This document shows, piece after piece, positions 1 to 9,272 of a DNA stretch of 24,519 nt. The stretch's first letter is position 1. Every line of letters starts with the position of its first letter. The translations under genes and the position numbers were made by a program. Source of the stretch: a virus. Taxonomy: Duplodnaviria > Caudoviricetes. The stretch is taken from IMG/VR virus record IMGVR_UViG_3300014885_000014, positions 1 to 24,519 of that record; one strand, written 5' to 3'. A model generated the notes under the pieces. It was not told the origin of the DNA and made no database searches. It saw only the letters and a list, made by a program, of their open reading frames with translations.

Positions 1-2211
1 AACCTTCTGAAATTCGGGGACGTCGTCGGCGACGTCTTCGACAAGGCCCAGCTTGCGATCGTCAACATGTCGGCGCGGACCGGGAAGGATCTGGTCGACG
101 CGACCCAGACCGTCGGGCGCGCGCTGAACGACCCGATCAAAGGGATCACGGCGCTGACGCGCGCCGGCGTGCAATTCACGACCCAGCAACAGAATCAGAT
201 CAAGACGCTGGTCGCGTCGGGCCGCGGGGTCGAGGCGCAAGCGATCATCTTGGGCGCGCTCGAGAAGGCTTACGGCGGCGCGGCGAAGGCGCTTCGCGAC
301 GCGACGCCGAACGCGGCGCTGAATCAGCAATGGCGCGAACTGACGGAAATCGTCGGCGGGATACTCTTGAAGATCCTTCCGCCCGTGATCGCGCTTCTGA
401 CGACGCTGGGCGAGGGCTTTAACGCGCTTCCCGGGCCGCTTCAGGAAACGGTCGTCGTCGTCGGGCTGTTCGCCGCCGCGCTTGGTCCGCTGTTGACGAT
501 CGTCGGCGGGTTCATGCGCGCGCTCGCCGTCGTGATCCCGGTCGTCCGGGCCGCCGCGCTCGCGATCGGCGCGATCAGTGTCGTGACCTGGGGCTGGGTC
601 GCCGCGATCGCCGCGGCCGTCGCGGCGCTGACGATCTTCTGGAAGTCGGTCAAGGATATCCTTCACGGCGATTTCGAAAAGGCGTGGGAAGACGCGAAGA
701 CGACCGCCCGCGAAATGTGGGACGACCTTCGTTCAATGTTCGAAGACAAGCCGATCCAGGCGCCGATCGAGCTCGCGACCACGGGCGGCGGCGCCGGGCC
801 GAAGCCGGCGACGCCCGTCTTTAGTCAACCGACTGACGTCCTGGGCGGAAAGAAGACCTTCGAAACGGATCTTCGCCAGATGGGCGAAAAGATTTCGTCG
901 GCGTTCCGGAAGGCCGAACTTCCGAAGTCGGTCGCCGCGGCCGCGGATCTGAACGCCCAGATCGACGAAATGGTGAAGAAAGCCGAAGACGCCGGCGTCA
1001 AGACGAAGGTCTGGGCGGACGACCTCGCAACGCTTCGCGAGCGGATCGAAGGGCTGAAACTCGCCGGGCTCGCGAAGGAAGCGCAAGAATTCACGCGCGA
1101 CGTCGCCGAAAGCGATCTGGCGGTCCGCCGGTTCGCGTCCGGATCCCTCGATCCGTTGAACGAAAAGATCGCGACAGTCGATCAGGCCTATGACCAACTT
1201 CGCGCGAAGATCGAAGCGCAAATCGAGGACAACGCGAAATTGGCCGACGTCAGCGATACGGCGGCGGCCGCCATGGATCGGCTGAAGGCTTCGCTCGACG
1301 ACCTTGGGGGCGCCCACACTCGAGCTCGAGAAGCGGCCGTCGCGCAATGGCAGGCCGAAGAACGGCTGGCGACGATCCAGTCGGAAATCAATCTTCGCGG
1401 GACGGAACGCGATATCGAAGACCTGAAGCGCGCGCGCGGCGACTTCGGGCTGGGTCAATCGCGGATGGAAAAGGAAACCCAGGCCGCGGGGCGTGACCTT
1501 CTGGATCAAGAACTGGCGACGAAGGAACGGATCGCCCAGCTGGACCTTGATCGGACACAAGCCGAACTCACCGGCGACGTCGCCGCCATGGAACGGCTGG
1601 ATCAGGAAATATCGCTTCAGACCGAATTGCTGGATTTGGTCAAGTCGACGACGGCCGAACAGATCGTCGCGACCGAGCGCATGGGCGACGTTTTCGACGG
1701 TTTCTTCGACGGCGTCGAAAGCGAACTTCTGAAAATGGCGAAGGAAGGGAAGATCACCTTCGGCGGGATTCGCGAGGCGATCCGCGACATGCTGTTCGAA
1801 GCCTTCGTCGCACCGCACGTCGAACAGGCGGGCGGACTTTTGAGGGATTTGGCGAAGGGCGCCCTTTCGGCACTGGGCGGGAATTTTATGGGCGGCGGGT
1901 CCGCGAAGTTCGACGCGGGGTCGGGAAACTGGACGCCTGGGCCGCAAGGCTTCCCGGCAAATTCCGCCGGCGGCTTTGTCCCGCCGGGCGAGTGGGCGAC
2001 CGCCGGCGAGAAGGGGACCGAATTGCTGTTCGGCGGAAAGAAGGGCGTCACAGTCTTTTCAAACGGGGACTCACAGGACATGGTCGCCGGCGGCGGCGGC
2101 GCGACGAACATTTTCCAGAACTTCAATATCCGGGCGAACGACGCGTCGTCGTTTATGAGGACGCAACGTCAGATCGCCCGACAGGCGAAGCGGGAATTGC
2201 AGGGGGCATGA
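1..2211 (+). CDS. Tail tape measure protein (5'-truncated by window edge)
   Basis: Frame is open from base 1 (NLLKFGDVVGDVF...). Ala-rich helical protein with VGRALNDPIKGITALTRAG motif, central hydrophobic segments and C-terminal GGFVPPGEWATAGEKGTELLF motif. Lies directly upstream of DUF2460. Confidence 0.92.
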   Translation, partial: NLLKFGDVVGDVFDKAQLAIVNMSARTGKDLVDATQTVGRALNDPIKGITALTRAGVQFTTQQQNQIKTLVASGRGVEAQAIILGALEKAYGGAAKALRDATPNAALNQQWRELTEIVGGILLKILPPVIALLTTLGEGFNALPGPLQETVVVVGLFAAALGPLLTIVGGFMRALAVVIPVVRAAALAIGAISVVTWGWVAAIAAAVAALTIFWKSVKDILHGDFEKAWEDAKTTAREMWDDLRSMFEDKPIQAPIELATTGGGAGPKPATPVFSQPTDVLGGKKTFETDLRQMGEKISSAFRKAELPKSVAAAADLNAQIDEMVKKAEDAGVKTKVWADDLATLRERIEGLKLAGLAKEAQEFTRDVAESDLAVRRFASGSLDPLNEKIATVDQAYDQLRAKIEAQIEDNAKLADVSDTAAAAMDRLKASLDDLGGAHTRAREAAVAQWQAEERLATIQSEINLRGTERDIEDLKRARGDFGLGQSRMEKETQAAGRDLLDQELATKERIAQLDLDRTQAELTGDVAAMERLDQEISLQTELLDLVKSTTAEQIVATERMGDVFDGFFDGVESELLKMAKEGKITFGGIREAIRDMLFEAFVAPHVEQAGGLLRDLAKGALSALGGNFMGGGSAKFDAGSGNWTPGPQGFPANSAGGFVPPGEWATAGEKGTELLFGGKKGVTVFSNGDSQDMVAGGGGATNIFQNFNIRANDASSFMRTQRQIARQAKRELQGA

Positions 2212-2868
2212 ATGGACGGGTTTATCGACCTGTACCTTCCGGAAAATATCCGAAGCTATCCGTTCATTTCGTCGCCGCGGACGTCGACGACGATCGCGGT
2301 TTCGGGCGGCGGCGCGGAACAAGCGAACCGGAACTGGATTCAACCGCTCCACCGGTTTTCGGCGCCTGAAATCGTTCGCTGTCATGAAACGATCGAAGAT
2401 CTTCGCGAACATTGGTGGATCACGGACGGGCCGCACCGGTCGTTTCCGTTCCGGGATCCGCTCGACTTCGCAAGCGTTCGGCTGACCAAGGCGAACAAGG
2501 TTCCGGCGCTGTCGCCGGTCGATCAGGTCTTGGGCGTCGGGGACGGCGCTGAAGCGACCTTCCTCTTTTCGAAGACCTACACGCGCGGGGCGTTTTCGAA
2601 GACTCGTTTTCTGACTCTTCCCGTCGTCGAAACGGTTGTCGTCGCCTTGGACGGCGTCGCGAGTCCGTCAACCGACTGGGAAGTCGACCGGGAGGGCGGG
2701 ACGCTCACGTTCGACACGCCGCCGGGTCTTGCGGTCGTCGTGACCGCGGGTTTTCTGTTTGACGTGCCAACGCGCTTCGAAGCCGACGATTCCTTCGAAC
2801 AAATTGTGAAAGCCTACGAAACGACCGGCGCGGCTGGTCTGTCGTTCTGGGAAAAACGCCCGTGCTGA
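2212..2868 (+). CDS. DUF2460 / TIGR02217 distal tail protein (RcGTA g12-like)
   Basis: Motifs TTIAVSGGGAEQANRNW, GPHRSFPFRDPLDF, LGVGDG, VTAGFLFDVPTRF; position after the tape measure gene. Confidence 0.93.
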   Translation: MDGFIDLYLPENIRSYPFISSPRTSTTIAVSGGGAEQANRNWIQPLHRFSAPEIVRCHETIEDLREHWWITDGPHRSFPFRDPLDFASVRLTKANKVPALSPVDQVLGVGDGAEATFLFSKTYTRGAFSKTRFLTLPVVETVVVALDGVASPSTDWEVDREGGTLTFDTPPGLAVVVTAGFLFDVPTRFEADDSFEQIVKAYETTGAAGLSFWEKRPC

Positions 2869-2869
2869 C

Positions 2870-4801
2870 GTGGTTCTGAAGCTTCGCATAATTCGAACAA
2901 GCGGATCCTTCACCCTTCCGGATGATTGGGACGGGGCGGCGTGTCGCCTTTGGGCTTGGGGTCCGGGCGGGCACGGCGGGACACAGCCGGCCGGCGCGCT
3001 GTCTTCGATGGGCGGCGGCGGCGGCGGACAATTCTCTGAAGCGATCAACGTCGGCGGCGTCGCCGGCGAAATTTGGGTCTGTGACGTCGGCTTAGGCGGC
3101 GGCGGGAAAGTCGCAACAAACCGAACCCGCGTCCGGACGGCGTCACTTGCGACGACGCTCGTCACGGCCGACGCCGGCGCAACGGCCGGCGGCGTCGCCG
3201 GGATCGGCGGAATGGGCGGATCTGGGGGAAGCCTCGCGTCATCAAACCGCGGCGGGGACGGCGACTTCGCCGGCGGCGGCGGCGGCGGCGGCGGGGCGCC
3301 TGGACCGCATACTTCCCGCGGGACGCGCGGCGGCGATGGGCGTCAGGTCAACGGGGGCGCCGGCGGGGGCGGCGGGGCTTGCGGGGACTTTGGCGATCCC
3401 GACGAAAGTCAGGCGACGGACGGCGTCGCCGCGGCCGGGATCGATGGCGCCGCCGGCGGGGTCGGCTACCACGGCACCGGGGCGGGATCGGCCGGCGTCG
3501 GGGTCGACGGCGGGCCGGGCGACCCGGACACCGGCGGCGGGGGCGGCGGCGGCGGGCGAACGTCGACGGACGGGACCGACGGCGGATCCGGCGCAAGCTG
3601 GGAATATATCCTGACGCTTCCGACTGACACATGGATGGAATCCCCGTTCACCTGGACGACGACCGCGTCGGCGCGCTGGGCGGAACTGTCGAACGGAACA
3701 GTCCCCGCGGGCGGCGGCGGCGGCGGCGGCGGCCGGCTCGACACGTCGGCGGATAACCCGGGACGCGGGGGAAACGGCGGGTTTCCCGGCGGCGGCGGCG
3801 GCGGCGGCGGGTTTGGCAATAATCCAAGACTCGGGGTCGGGGGCTTGGGCGCTGACGGGTTGCTTCTGATCTTTTACGAAGGCGAAGCCGATATCGAAAC
3901 CGACACGGATTGCGAGTCGGGCGTCGATTTTGTCTATCCGCCTTGCGTGACGAACTGGACTCAATGCGTCCGGATCGTCCGCCGGGACGACCTGACGTTC
4001 CGCTTCACGACGCTAGACCGGGACTTCGAATTCCGCGGCGAAGACTATTTGACGTGCAATTCTCTGACGCCGTCGGCGCTGCAAGCGTTCGGCGATTTGA
4101 GTGACGTCGGGTCGACCGAGATTTCCGGACTTCTCGCGGCGGGCGCGGTCGACGAAGCGGACCTTTATGGGGGGCTTTTCGACGACGCCTTCGTCGAGAT
4201 ATGGCGCGTCCCGTATGAAGGCTTGGACGTCCCGCGGCGTCTTGGCGCCGGCTGGGTCGGGAAGATTTCCCAAAGCGCGCGCGGTTACAAAATGGAAGTT
4301 TTGGGTCCGGGCGCGCGGCTGGATCAGCGTCCCGTCGTCCAGTCTGTCACGCCGCAATGTCGCTGGAAATTCGGCGACTCGCGCTGCGGCGTCGACGTCG
4401 CGTCGTTCGCGATCGCGGGAACGGTCACGTCGGGGCTGAACCGCGGGACATTCCTCGCCGTGATTGCGTCGGAACCGATCGGGTCGGGGACGGGGGAAGT
4501 CCCGAGCTCGGGCGACCTTCCGGCACAATTCGCCGACGGCCGGATCCTTTGGCTGACCGGCGTCAATGCCGGACAAACGACAGAAACGAAAAGCGTCGAC
4601 TTCGCGACGGGTCAGGTCGTTTTATGGGCGCAAACCGTACACGTCCCGGAAGCCGGCGACACGTTCGAACTGATGCCGGGTTGCGCGCAAGACTTCACGA
4701 CATGCGTCGAAATCTATGGCAATGGCGATCGGTTCGGCGGGTTTCCCCATGTCCCCGGACAGGACGCGATAATCAGGTCTCCAAATGTCAAACAAAGCTG
4801 A
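2870..4801 (+). CDS. Baseplate hub protein (DUF2163 + BR0599 C-terminus, RcGTA g13-like) with an extra N-terminal glycine-rich domain
   Basis: From ~3947: CVRIVRRDD..FRFTTLDRD, DLYGGLFDDAFVEIW, CRWKFGDSRC, PGCAQDFTTC, FGGFPHVPG. The first ~340 aa are Gly-rich, in frame and have no stop. GTG start. Confidence 0.88.
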   Translation: MVLKLRIIRTSGSFTLPDDWDGAACRLWAWGPGGHGGTQPAGALSSMGGGGGGQFSEAINVGGVAGEIWVCDVGLGGGGKVATNRTRVRTASLATTLVTADAGATAGGVAGIGGMGGSGGSLASSNRGGDGDFAGGGGGGGGAPGPHTSRGTRGGDGRQVNGGAGGGGGACGDFGDPDESQATDGVAAAGIDGAAGGVGYHGTGAGSAGVGVDGGPGDPDTGGGGGGGGRTSTDGTDGGSGASWEYILTLPTDTWMESPFTWTTTASARWAELSNGTVPAGGGGGGGGRLDTSADNPGRGGNGGFPGGGGGGGGFGNNPRLGVGGLGADGLLLIFYEGEADIETDTDCESGVDFVYPPCVTNWTQCVRIVRRDDLTFRFTTLDRDFEFRGEDYLTCNSLTPSALQAFGDLSDVGSTEISGLLAAGAVDEADLYGGLFDDAFVEIWRVPYEGLDVPRRLGAGWVGKISQSARGYKMEVLGPGARLDQRPVVQSVTPQCRWKFGDSRCGVDVASFAIAGTVTSGLNRGTFLAVIASEPIGSGTGEVPSSGDLPAQFADGRILWLTGVNAGQTTETKSVDFATGQVVLWAQTVHVPEAGDTFELMPGCAQDFTTCVEIYGNGDRFGGFPHVPGQDAIIRSPNVKQS

Positions 4802-5249
4802 CGCCGCCGACGTCGTTATGGAAGCGCGGCGATGGGTCGGAACGCCGTTCAAGCATCGCGGATGCACCATCGGCCGGGCTTGCGATTGCGTCGGGCTAAT
4901 ACGCGGCATCAGCGAAGGACTCGGGCTCGCGTTTGTCCCGATGGACCTACAACGGGAATTCGACACTTACGCGAGGACGCCGAACCCGCGGCGGATGGGC
5001 GCCCTTCTCGAAACCTTGCTGATCCCGACGACGATCGATCCGCGCGCCCATGTCGACGACGCCTTCGTCGCTTGGATCGAATGGCGGCCGGGTTTGCCGA
5101 TGCACCTTGCTTTGACGGCGACGTTCCAAGAGCGTCCGACGCTGATTCACGCCGCCCAGCTGGTCGGAAAGGTCGTCGAACACGGCTTCACCCAGGAATG
5201 GCGGAATCGGGTTTCGTCGTTCTGGAAGCTTCCAAATGTGAGTTATTGA
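4785..5249 (+). CDS. NlpC/P60 tail-associated peptidase (TIGR02219, RcGTA g14-like)
   Basis: ARRWVGTPFKHRG..CDCVGL (catalytic Cys), MHLAL (His), LIHA, VVEH. Confidence 0.92.
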   Translation: MSNKADAADVVMEARRWVGTPFKHRGCTIGRACDCVGLIRGISEGLGLAFVPMDLQREFDTYARTPNPRRMGALLETLLIPTTIDPRAHVDDAFVAWIEWRPGLPMHLALTATFQERPTLIHAAQLVGKVVEHGFTQEWRNRVSSFWKLPNVSY

Positions 5250-5252
5250 CCG

Positions 5253-7661
5253 ATGGCCGTCGTCGTTCCGATTCTTGTGAACCTCGCAATCCAGGCGGCG
5301 ATCGCGATTGCGGCGACGCTGATCATAAACGCGATCTTTCCCGTCAAGATCGAGGGCCCGCGGCTCACTGATCTTAAGGTCCAGGTTTCGACATACGGTC
5401 GCGCGATCACGCGGCTTTATGGAACCGATATCCGCGTCGCCGGGAACGTCATCGACTCGACCGGGTTGACCGAACACGCGAAGGAAGAATCCGCGAAGGG
5501 CGGTCCGACGGTCACGACGTACAGTTACACGACGGACGTCGACGTCCTTTTGGGCGAGGGGCGCGCAAACTCACGGCTGAAAAAGATCTGGGCGAACGGC
5601 AAGCTGATTTATGACGCCGATCTGTTCCTCGAGGACTGTCCGGAACGGTTTTCAGAAACGCAATGCGCGGCGCTTAACGCGATCCTGTCACTGAAGGGCG
5701 GGCTCGACGCCGCCGTGATTGCGAACCTTCGGTTTTATCCCGGCGACTTTGATCAGGAACCGGACCCTTACTTCGAGTCGGTCCGCGGGGTCGGCAACGT
5801 GCCGGCCTACAAGGGTTCGATGCATGCCGTCCTTCAGGGCTTATTGCTGACGGACTTCGGGAACGTCCTTCCGAACCTGGAATTTTTGATCGAAGCGAAC
5901 CCGGCCGAAACATTCCAGACCGCCGTCGAAGAAATCGTCGCGCTGGGCGGGATCCCGTCGGACCTTTATAATTTCGATTGCTTGTCGGACCTTCCGCTTC
6001 GCGGCTACGCGATCGGGCGGGTCATGACCGCCGCGCAAGCCTTGGCGCCGCTCACCTTCGCGGGGAACTTCGATATCGTCGACGACGGCGGATATCTGCG
6101 GAGCGTCTTCCGGAACGATGACGTCGTCGGGATTATTTCGACCGACGACCTGGGCGGTCACGCCTTCGGCGATGACAGGCCGGACCCGATCAGCTTCGAA
6201 CGCGCGCCGACGATCGCCCTTCCCAGCGAAGCGACGATCGTCTTCATGGACCCGGACCGCGACTTCCAGGAAAACGCCCAGTCGGCGCGCCGGGCGGCGG
6301 GGACGGCGGATTCGAACGTCACGTTCGAACTTGCGCTGTCGCTGACCGTCGACGAAGCGCGCGCGCTTGCTGACCGCGCGCTTTGGGAATCGTGGATGAT
6401 CACCCAGACCGCCAAGGCACCGACGACGGAACGCCTGATCGACGTCCATGTCGGCCGGGTCTATTTGTTCGAAACGCCGGCCGGCTATGAACCGTTTCGA
6501 ATCGTCGCGCGGACGCTGGGCGCGAACGGGATTATCGAGCTCGAGTTAAAGCGGGAACGCTCGGAGCTCTATTCGTCCGAACAGGTCGGGACGTCCGCGG
6601 CGTCGCCTGACAATGAAATGGAATTTCCAGGTCTGACCGAATTGATCCTCTTGGACGTTCCGCTGATGCGGGACGCGGACGACAATCCCGGTTTTTATTA
6701 TGGCGTCGTCGGTTCCGAAACCGGATGGCGCGGCGCGGCAATTTTACGGGCGATTTCGATCGCCCATGATTACACCGTGATCAACACGATGGGGGTTCAG
6801 TCGAACGCGGGCGACTGTCTCAACACATTGCCGTCCGGAGAAACCGGGATCGACTCCGGTGGGTCGGGCGGATCATTTGACGACGTGAACTATCTGGACG
6901 TCGAACTTCGTCATGAAGGGCTGACGCTCGAATCCGCCGACGACGAAGCGATAGAAGCCGGGGCGAATGTCGCCTATGTCGGCCCCGCGGATCCGACGGT
7001 CGACGGCGAAATCATCCAATGGGGGACCGCGACGTTCATATCGGGGACGACCTACCGTCTGACGCACCTGAAGCGCGGACTCCGCGGCACCGAGTATGCG
7101 ACGGGACTTCATGCTTCCAGCGAAATATTTGTTCAGCTGTCGACGACGGCGACCGCGCGCGGAAACTTCGGGACGCCTGACCTGAATCTTGAGCGCGCCT
7201 ATAAGGGCGTTTCGGTCCTTCATTCGTCGGACCTTTACGACCCGCTTTTGTTCACGAACACCGGGGTCGGCTTGCGACCCTATTCGCCTGTCGACTTGGA
7301 AATCGACGGCGACACCGGCGGGGACCTGATCCTTCGATGGACGCGCCGTTCGCGCTTGGACTCGGGCGTCTTGGGCGAAGCGACGGAGCTTTACACGATC
7401 CGGATCATGAATAGCCTGGGGACCGTCATCGAACGGGAGGCGCAAGCGACCCAGGAGTCGTTCCTCTATACAAAGCCGATGCAGGTCGCCGATTTCGGCG
7501 CCGCCGTGTCGGACCTTCGTTTTCGCGTCGCGCAAGTGTCGGCGGTTTATGGGAACGGGATTTTTGCCGAATTTAACGGTCCCGTCCCATGGGCCGGATC
7601 TTCGGGCGAAGACCCGACGACTGACGCGCCCGACGGAACGCTAGAGGAAGTCGAGCTTTGA
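5253..7661 (+). CDS. Phage-tail_3 central tail-tip / host-specificity protein (megatron, RcGTA g15-like)
   Basis: IEGPRLTDLKVQVSTYGRAITRLYG..RVAGNVI, IWANGKLI, VPAYKG, DFGNVLPNLEF, LKRGLRGTE, WTRRSRL, VAQVSAVYG. Confidence 0.9.
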   Translation: MAVVVPILVNLAIQAAIAIAATLIINAIFPVKIEGPRLTDLKVQVSTYGRAITRLYGTDIRVAGNVIDSTGLTEHAKEESAKGGPTVTTYSYTTDVDVLLGEGRANSRLKKIWANGKLIYDADLFLEDCPERFSETQCAALNAILSLKGGLDAAVIANLRFYPGDFDQEPDPYFESVRGVGNVPAYKGSMHAVLQGLLLTDFGNVLPNLEFLIEANPAETFQTAVEEIVALGGIPSDLYNFDCLSDLPLRGYAIGRVMTAAQALAPLTFAGNFDIVDDGGYLRSVFRNDDVVGIISTDDLGGHAFGDDRPDPISFERAPTIALPSEATIVFMDPDRDFQENAQSARRAAGTADSNVTFELALSLTVDEARALADRALWESWMITQTAKAPTTERLIDVHVGRVYLFETPAGYEPFRIVARTLGANGIIELELKRERSELYSSEQVGTSAASPDNEMEFPGLTELILLDVPLMRDADDNPGFYYGVVGSETGWRGAAILRAISIAHDYTVINTMGVQSNAGDCLNTLPSGETGIDSGGSGGSFDDVNYLDVELRHEGLTLESADDEAIEAGANVAYVGPADPTVDGEIIQWGTATFISGTTYRLTHLKRGLRGTEYATGLHASSEIFVQLSTTATARGNFGTPDLNLERAYKGVSVLHSSDLYDPLLFTNTGVGLRPYSPVDLEIDGDTGGDLILRWTRRSRLDSGVLGEATELYTIRIMNSLGTVIEREAQATQESFLYTKPMQVADFGAAVSDLRFRVAQVSAVYGNGIFAEFNGPVPWAGSSGEDPTTDAPDGTLEEVEL

Positions 7662-8569
7662 GCGCGGTTCAGGTCCGGATCAGCACGTTCGAATATGAGG
7701 CCGCGAACTTCAGCTGGTATGAAATCTATTCGAGTCAAACGCCGCTGGATCCCGCGGACGTCATCGCTGACGCCGAATTTCGCGCTGTGTTTTTCGGCGA
7801 CATTTTTCTTCACGCGGGCGTCAACGCCGGCGAAGAATGGTTCTACTGGGTTCGGGCGCAATACGACTTAGGGGCGACGGACGGCACCCTGGCGGCGCTG
7901 GGGTCGATCATTATCACCGGTTCCGCGGCGACGTCCGGCGATGGCGGCGGATGCTGTCCGGCGATCGACGTCGCGTATGACAACACCGCGTCGGGGCTGA
8001 CCGCGGTCAACGTCCAGGACGCGATCGACGAACTGGAAGCATTGGTCGAAGTCCTTTCCGAAGGGACCGAGGGCGACGCCGGCGCCGGCGCGGCGCCGTT
8101 CATCACGTTTTCGGCGTTCGAAGCTATGCTTCCGACGGCGAACTATCCGCAATTCGACGCGCGGAATCTCTTGCCGGTCATCGACTTCGATCAAACGACA
8201 GGCGAAACCTGTTACTTCCTTTTGAGGATGCCGGACAGTTACGCCGGCGGATCGCTGATCGTCAGCCTGTCATGGATGGCGACGACGGCGACGTCCGGGA
8301 CGATCGGATGGACCGTCGCCTTTGCGCGGCTGAACGATGCGAATCAGGACGTCGATTCCTACGCCTTCGACACCGCGTCGACGATCACCGCGGCGACGGT
8401 TTCGGGGACGGCCGGCAAGATCACGACGACAAGCGTCACCGTCGCGAACGGCGACGCGGATCTGATCGCGGCCGGCGACCTGTTCATTTTGCGGGTTGTC
8501 CGCGACGTGGCAAACGACACATGCGCGGACGACGCCGAATTCATTTCCGGAAAGATCGTCGAGGCGTAA
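7658..8569 (+). CDS. Putative tail fibre/spike protein (FN3-like N-terminus, fibre motif, beta-rich C-terminus)
   Basis: TTG start overlaps the upstream stop and has RBS GAGGAAG. YEIY...WFYWVRA is FN3-like; VAYDNTASGLTAVNVQDAIDEL is a common fibre motif; the C-terminus is Thr/Ala-rich beta structure. Confidence 0.65.
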   Translation: MSAVQVRISTFEYEAANFSWYEIYSSQTPLDPADVIADAEFRAVFFGDIFLHAGVNAGEEWFYWVRAQYDLGATDGTLAALGSIIITGSAATSGDGGGCCPAIDVAYDNTASGLTAVNVQDAIDELEALVEVLSEGTEGDAGAGAAPFITFSAFEAMLPTANYPQFDARNLLPVIDFDQTTGETCYFLLRMPDSYAGGSLIVSLSWMATTATSGTIGWTVAFARLNDANQDVDSYAFDTASTITAATVSGTAGKITTTSVTVANGDADLIAAGDLFILRVVRDVANDTCADDAEFISGKIVEA

Positions 8570-8573
8570 GGGC

Positions 8574-9254
8574 ATGTCCTGGGACTTCGACGGCGTCGAC
8601 GACGCGCTGGAATATCTGGGGACGCTGATCACCGGGCCGCCTTGCACGCTGGTCGCTTGGTTCAATTCTGACAGTCAGACCGTTTCGCAAACAATCCTGT
8701 CGACGAACAACGCGGCGAGCACCCGAATTCGGATATCGATAGCGGGCGCGGTCGCCGGCGATCCGGTCCGCGCTGAACACACGGGCGCCAGTTTTGCGGA
8801 CACGACGGCGGGCTATACGGCTGGGACATGGCAACACGCCGGCGGCGTCTTCAACACGACGGCGAGTCGATCGGCGTTCTTCATGGGCGCGAACAAGGGC
8901 ACAAACACGACCGCCGGCGGAACGATCAACGCCTATAATCGCGTCAACGTCGCCTGTACCTACAACGTCGGGAGTCGTCTTCAATTCTTCAATGGCCGCA
9001 TTGCTCATTGCGCGTTATGGAACGTCGGTTTGGCCGACAATGAAATGTTAATGCTGGGCGCCGCTCGAATCTCGCCGCTGTTCATCCGTCCGCGGAATCT
9101 TGTGTTCTATGTCCCCTTCATCCGGGAAAAAACGGATTGCAAGGAACCGCATATTTCCGGCGTGACGACCTTCAGCGCGCCGGCGCCCTACGCCGATCAT
9201 CCGCGGGTCTTCATGCCGCGACGCGCTCAAATCATCCTTCCCAAAGCCGCCTAG
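8574..9254 (+). CDS. LamG/concanavalin A-like lectin domain protein, candidate receptor-binding protein
   Basis: Start reassigned to ATG 8574. Motifs FDGVDD, TLVAWF, GTWQHAGGVF, FFNGRIAHCALWNVGLADNEM. Confidence 0.8.
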   Translation: MSWDFDGVDDALEYLGTLITGPPCTLVAWFNSDSQTVSQTILSTNNAASTRIRISIAGAVAGDPVRAEHTGASFADTTAGYTAGTWQHAGGVFNTTASRSAFFMGANKGTNTTAGGTINAYNRVNVACTYNVGSRLQFFNGRIAHCALWNVGLADNEMLMLGAARISPLFIRPRNLVFYVPFIREKTDCKEPHISGVTTFSAPAPYADHPRVFMPRRAQIILPKAA

Positions 9255-9272
9255 TGCGGGCAATGTCCGCCG

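Noticed and set aside
733-1947. 404-aa minus-strand ORF
   Set aside because: Antisense shadow of the tape measure gene, expected in high-GC DNA; no recognisable motifs.
3010-3812. (GGC)n runs as microsatellites, contingency loci or a PE_PGRS gene
   Set aside because: The runs are in-frame poly-Gly codons of the Gly-rich domain; there is no PE domain and no frameshifting repeat unit.
1-7661. Gene transfer agent cluster
   Set aside because: The tail module is RcGTA-like, but it is contiguous with lysis, recombination and replication genes, which indicates a phage.
8496-8573. Longer N-terminus of the LamG ORF given in the track
   Set aside because: It overlaps the upstream gene; ATG 8574 just after the stop gives a typical domain start. 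Starts were similarly trimmed for the track ORFs beginning at 9353, 9789, 10244, 12987, 14623, 16248, 19435, 21637 and 23071.
7658-9254. Diversity-generating retroelement or invertible tail-fibre cassette
   Set aside because: No reverse transcriptase, invertase, TR/VR repeat pair or flanking inverted repeats seen.
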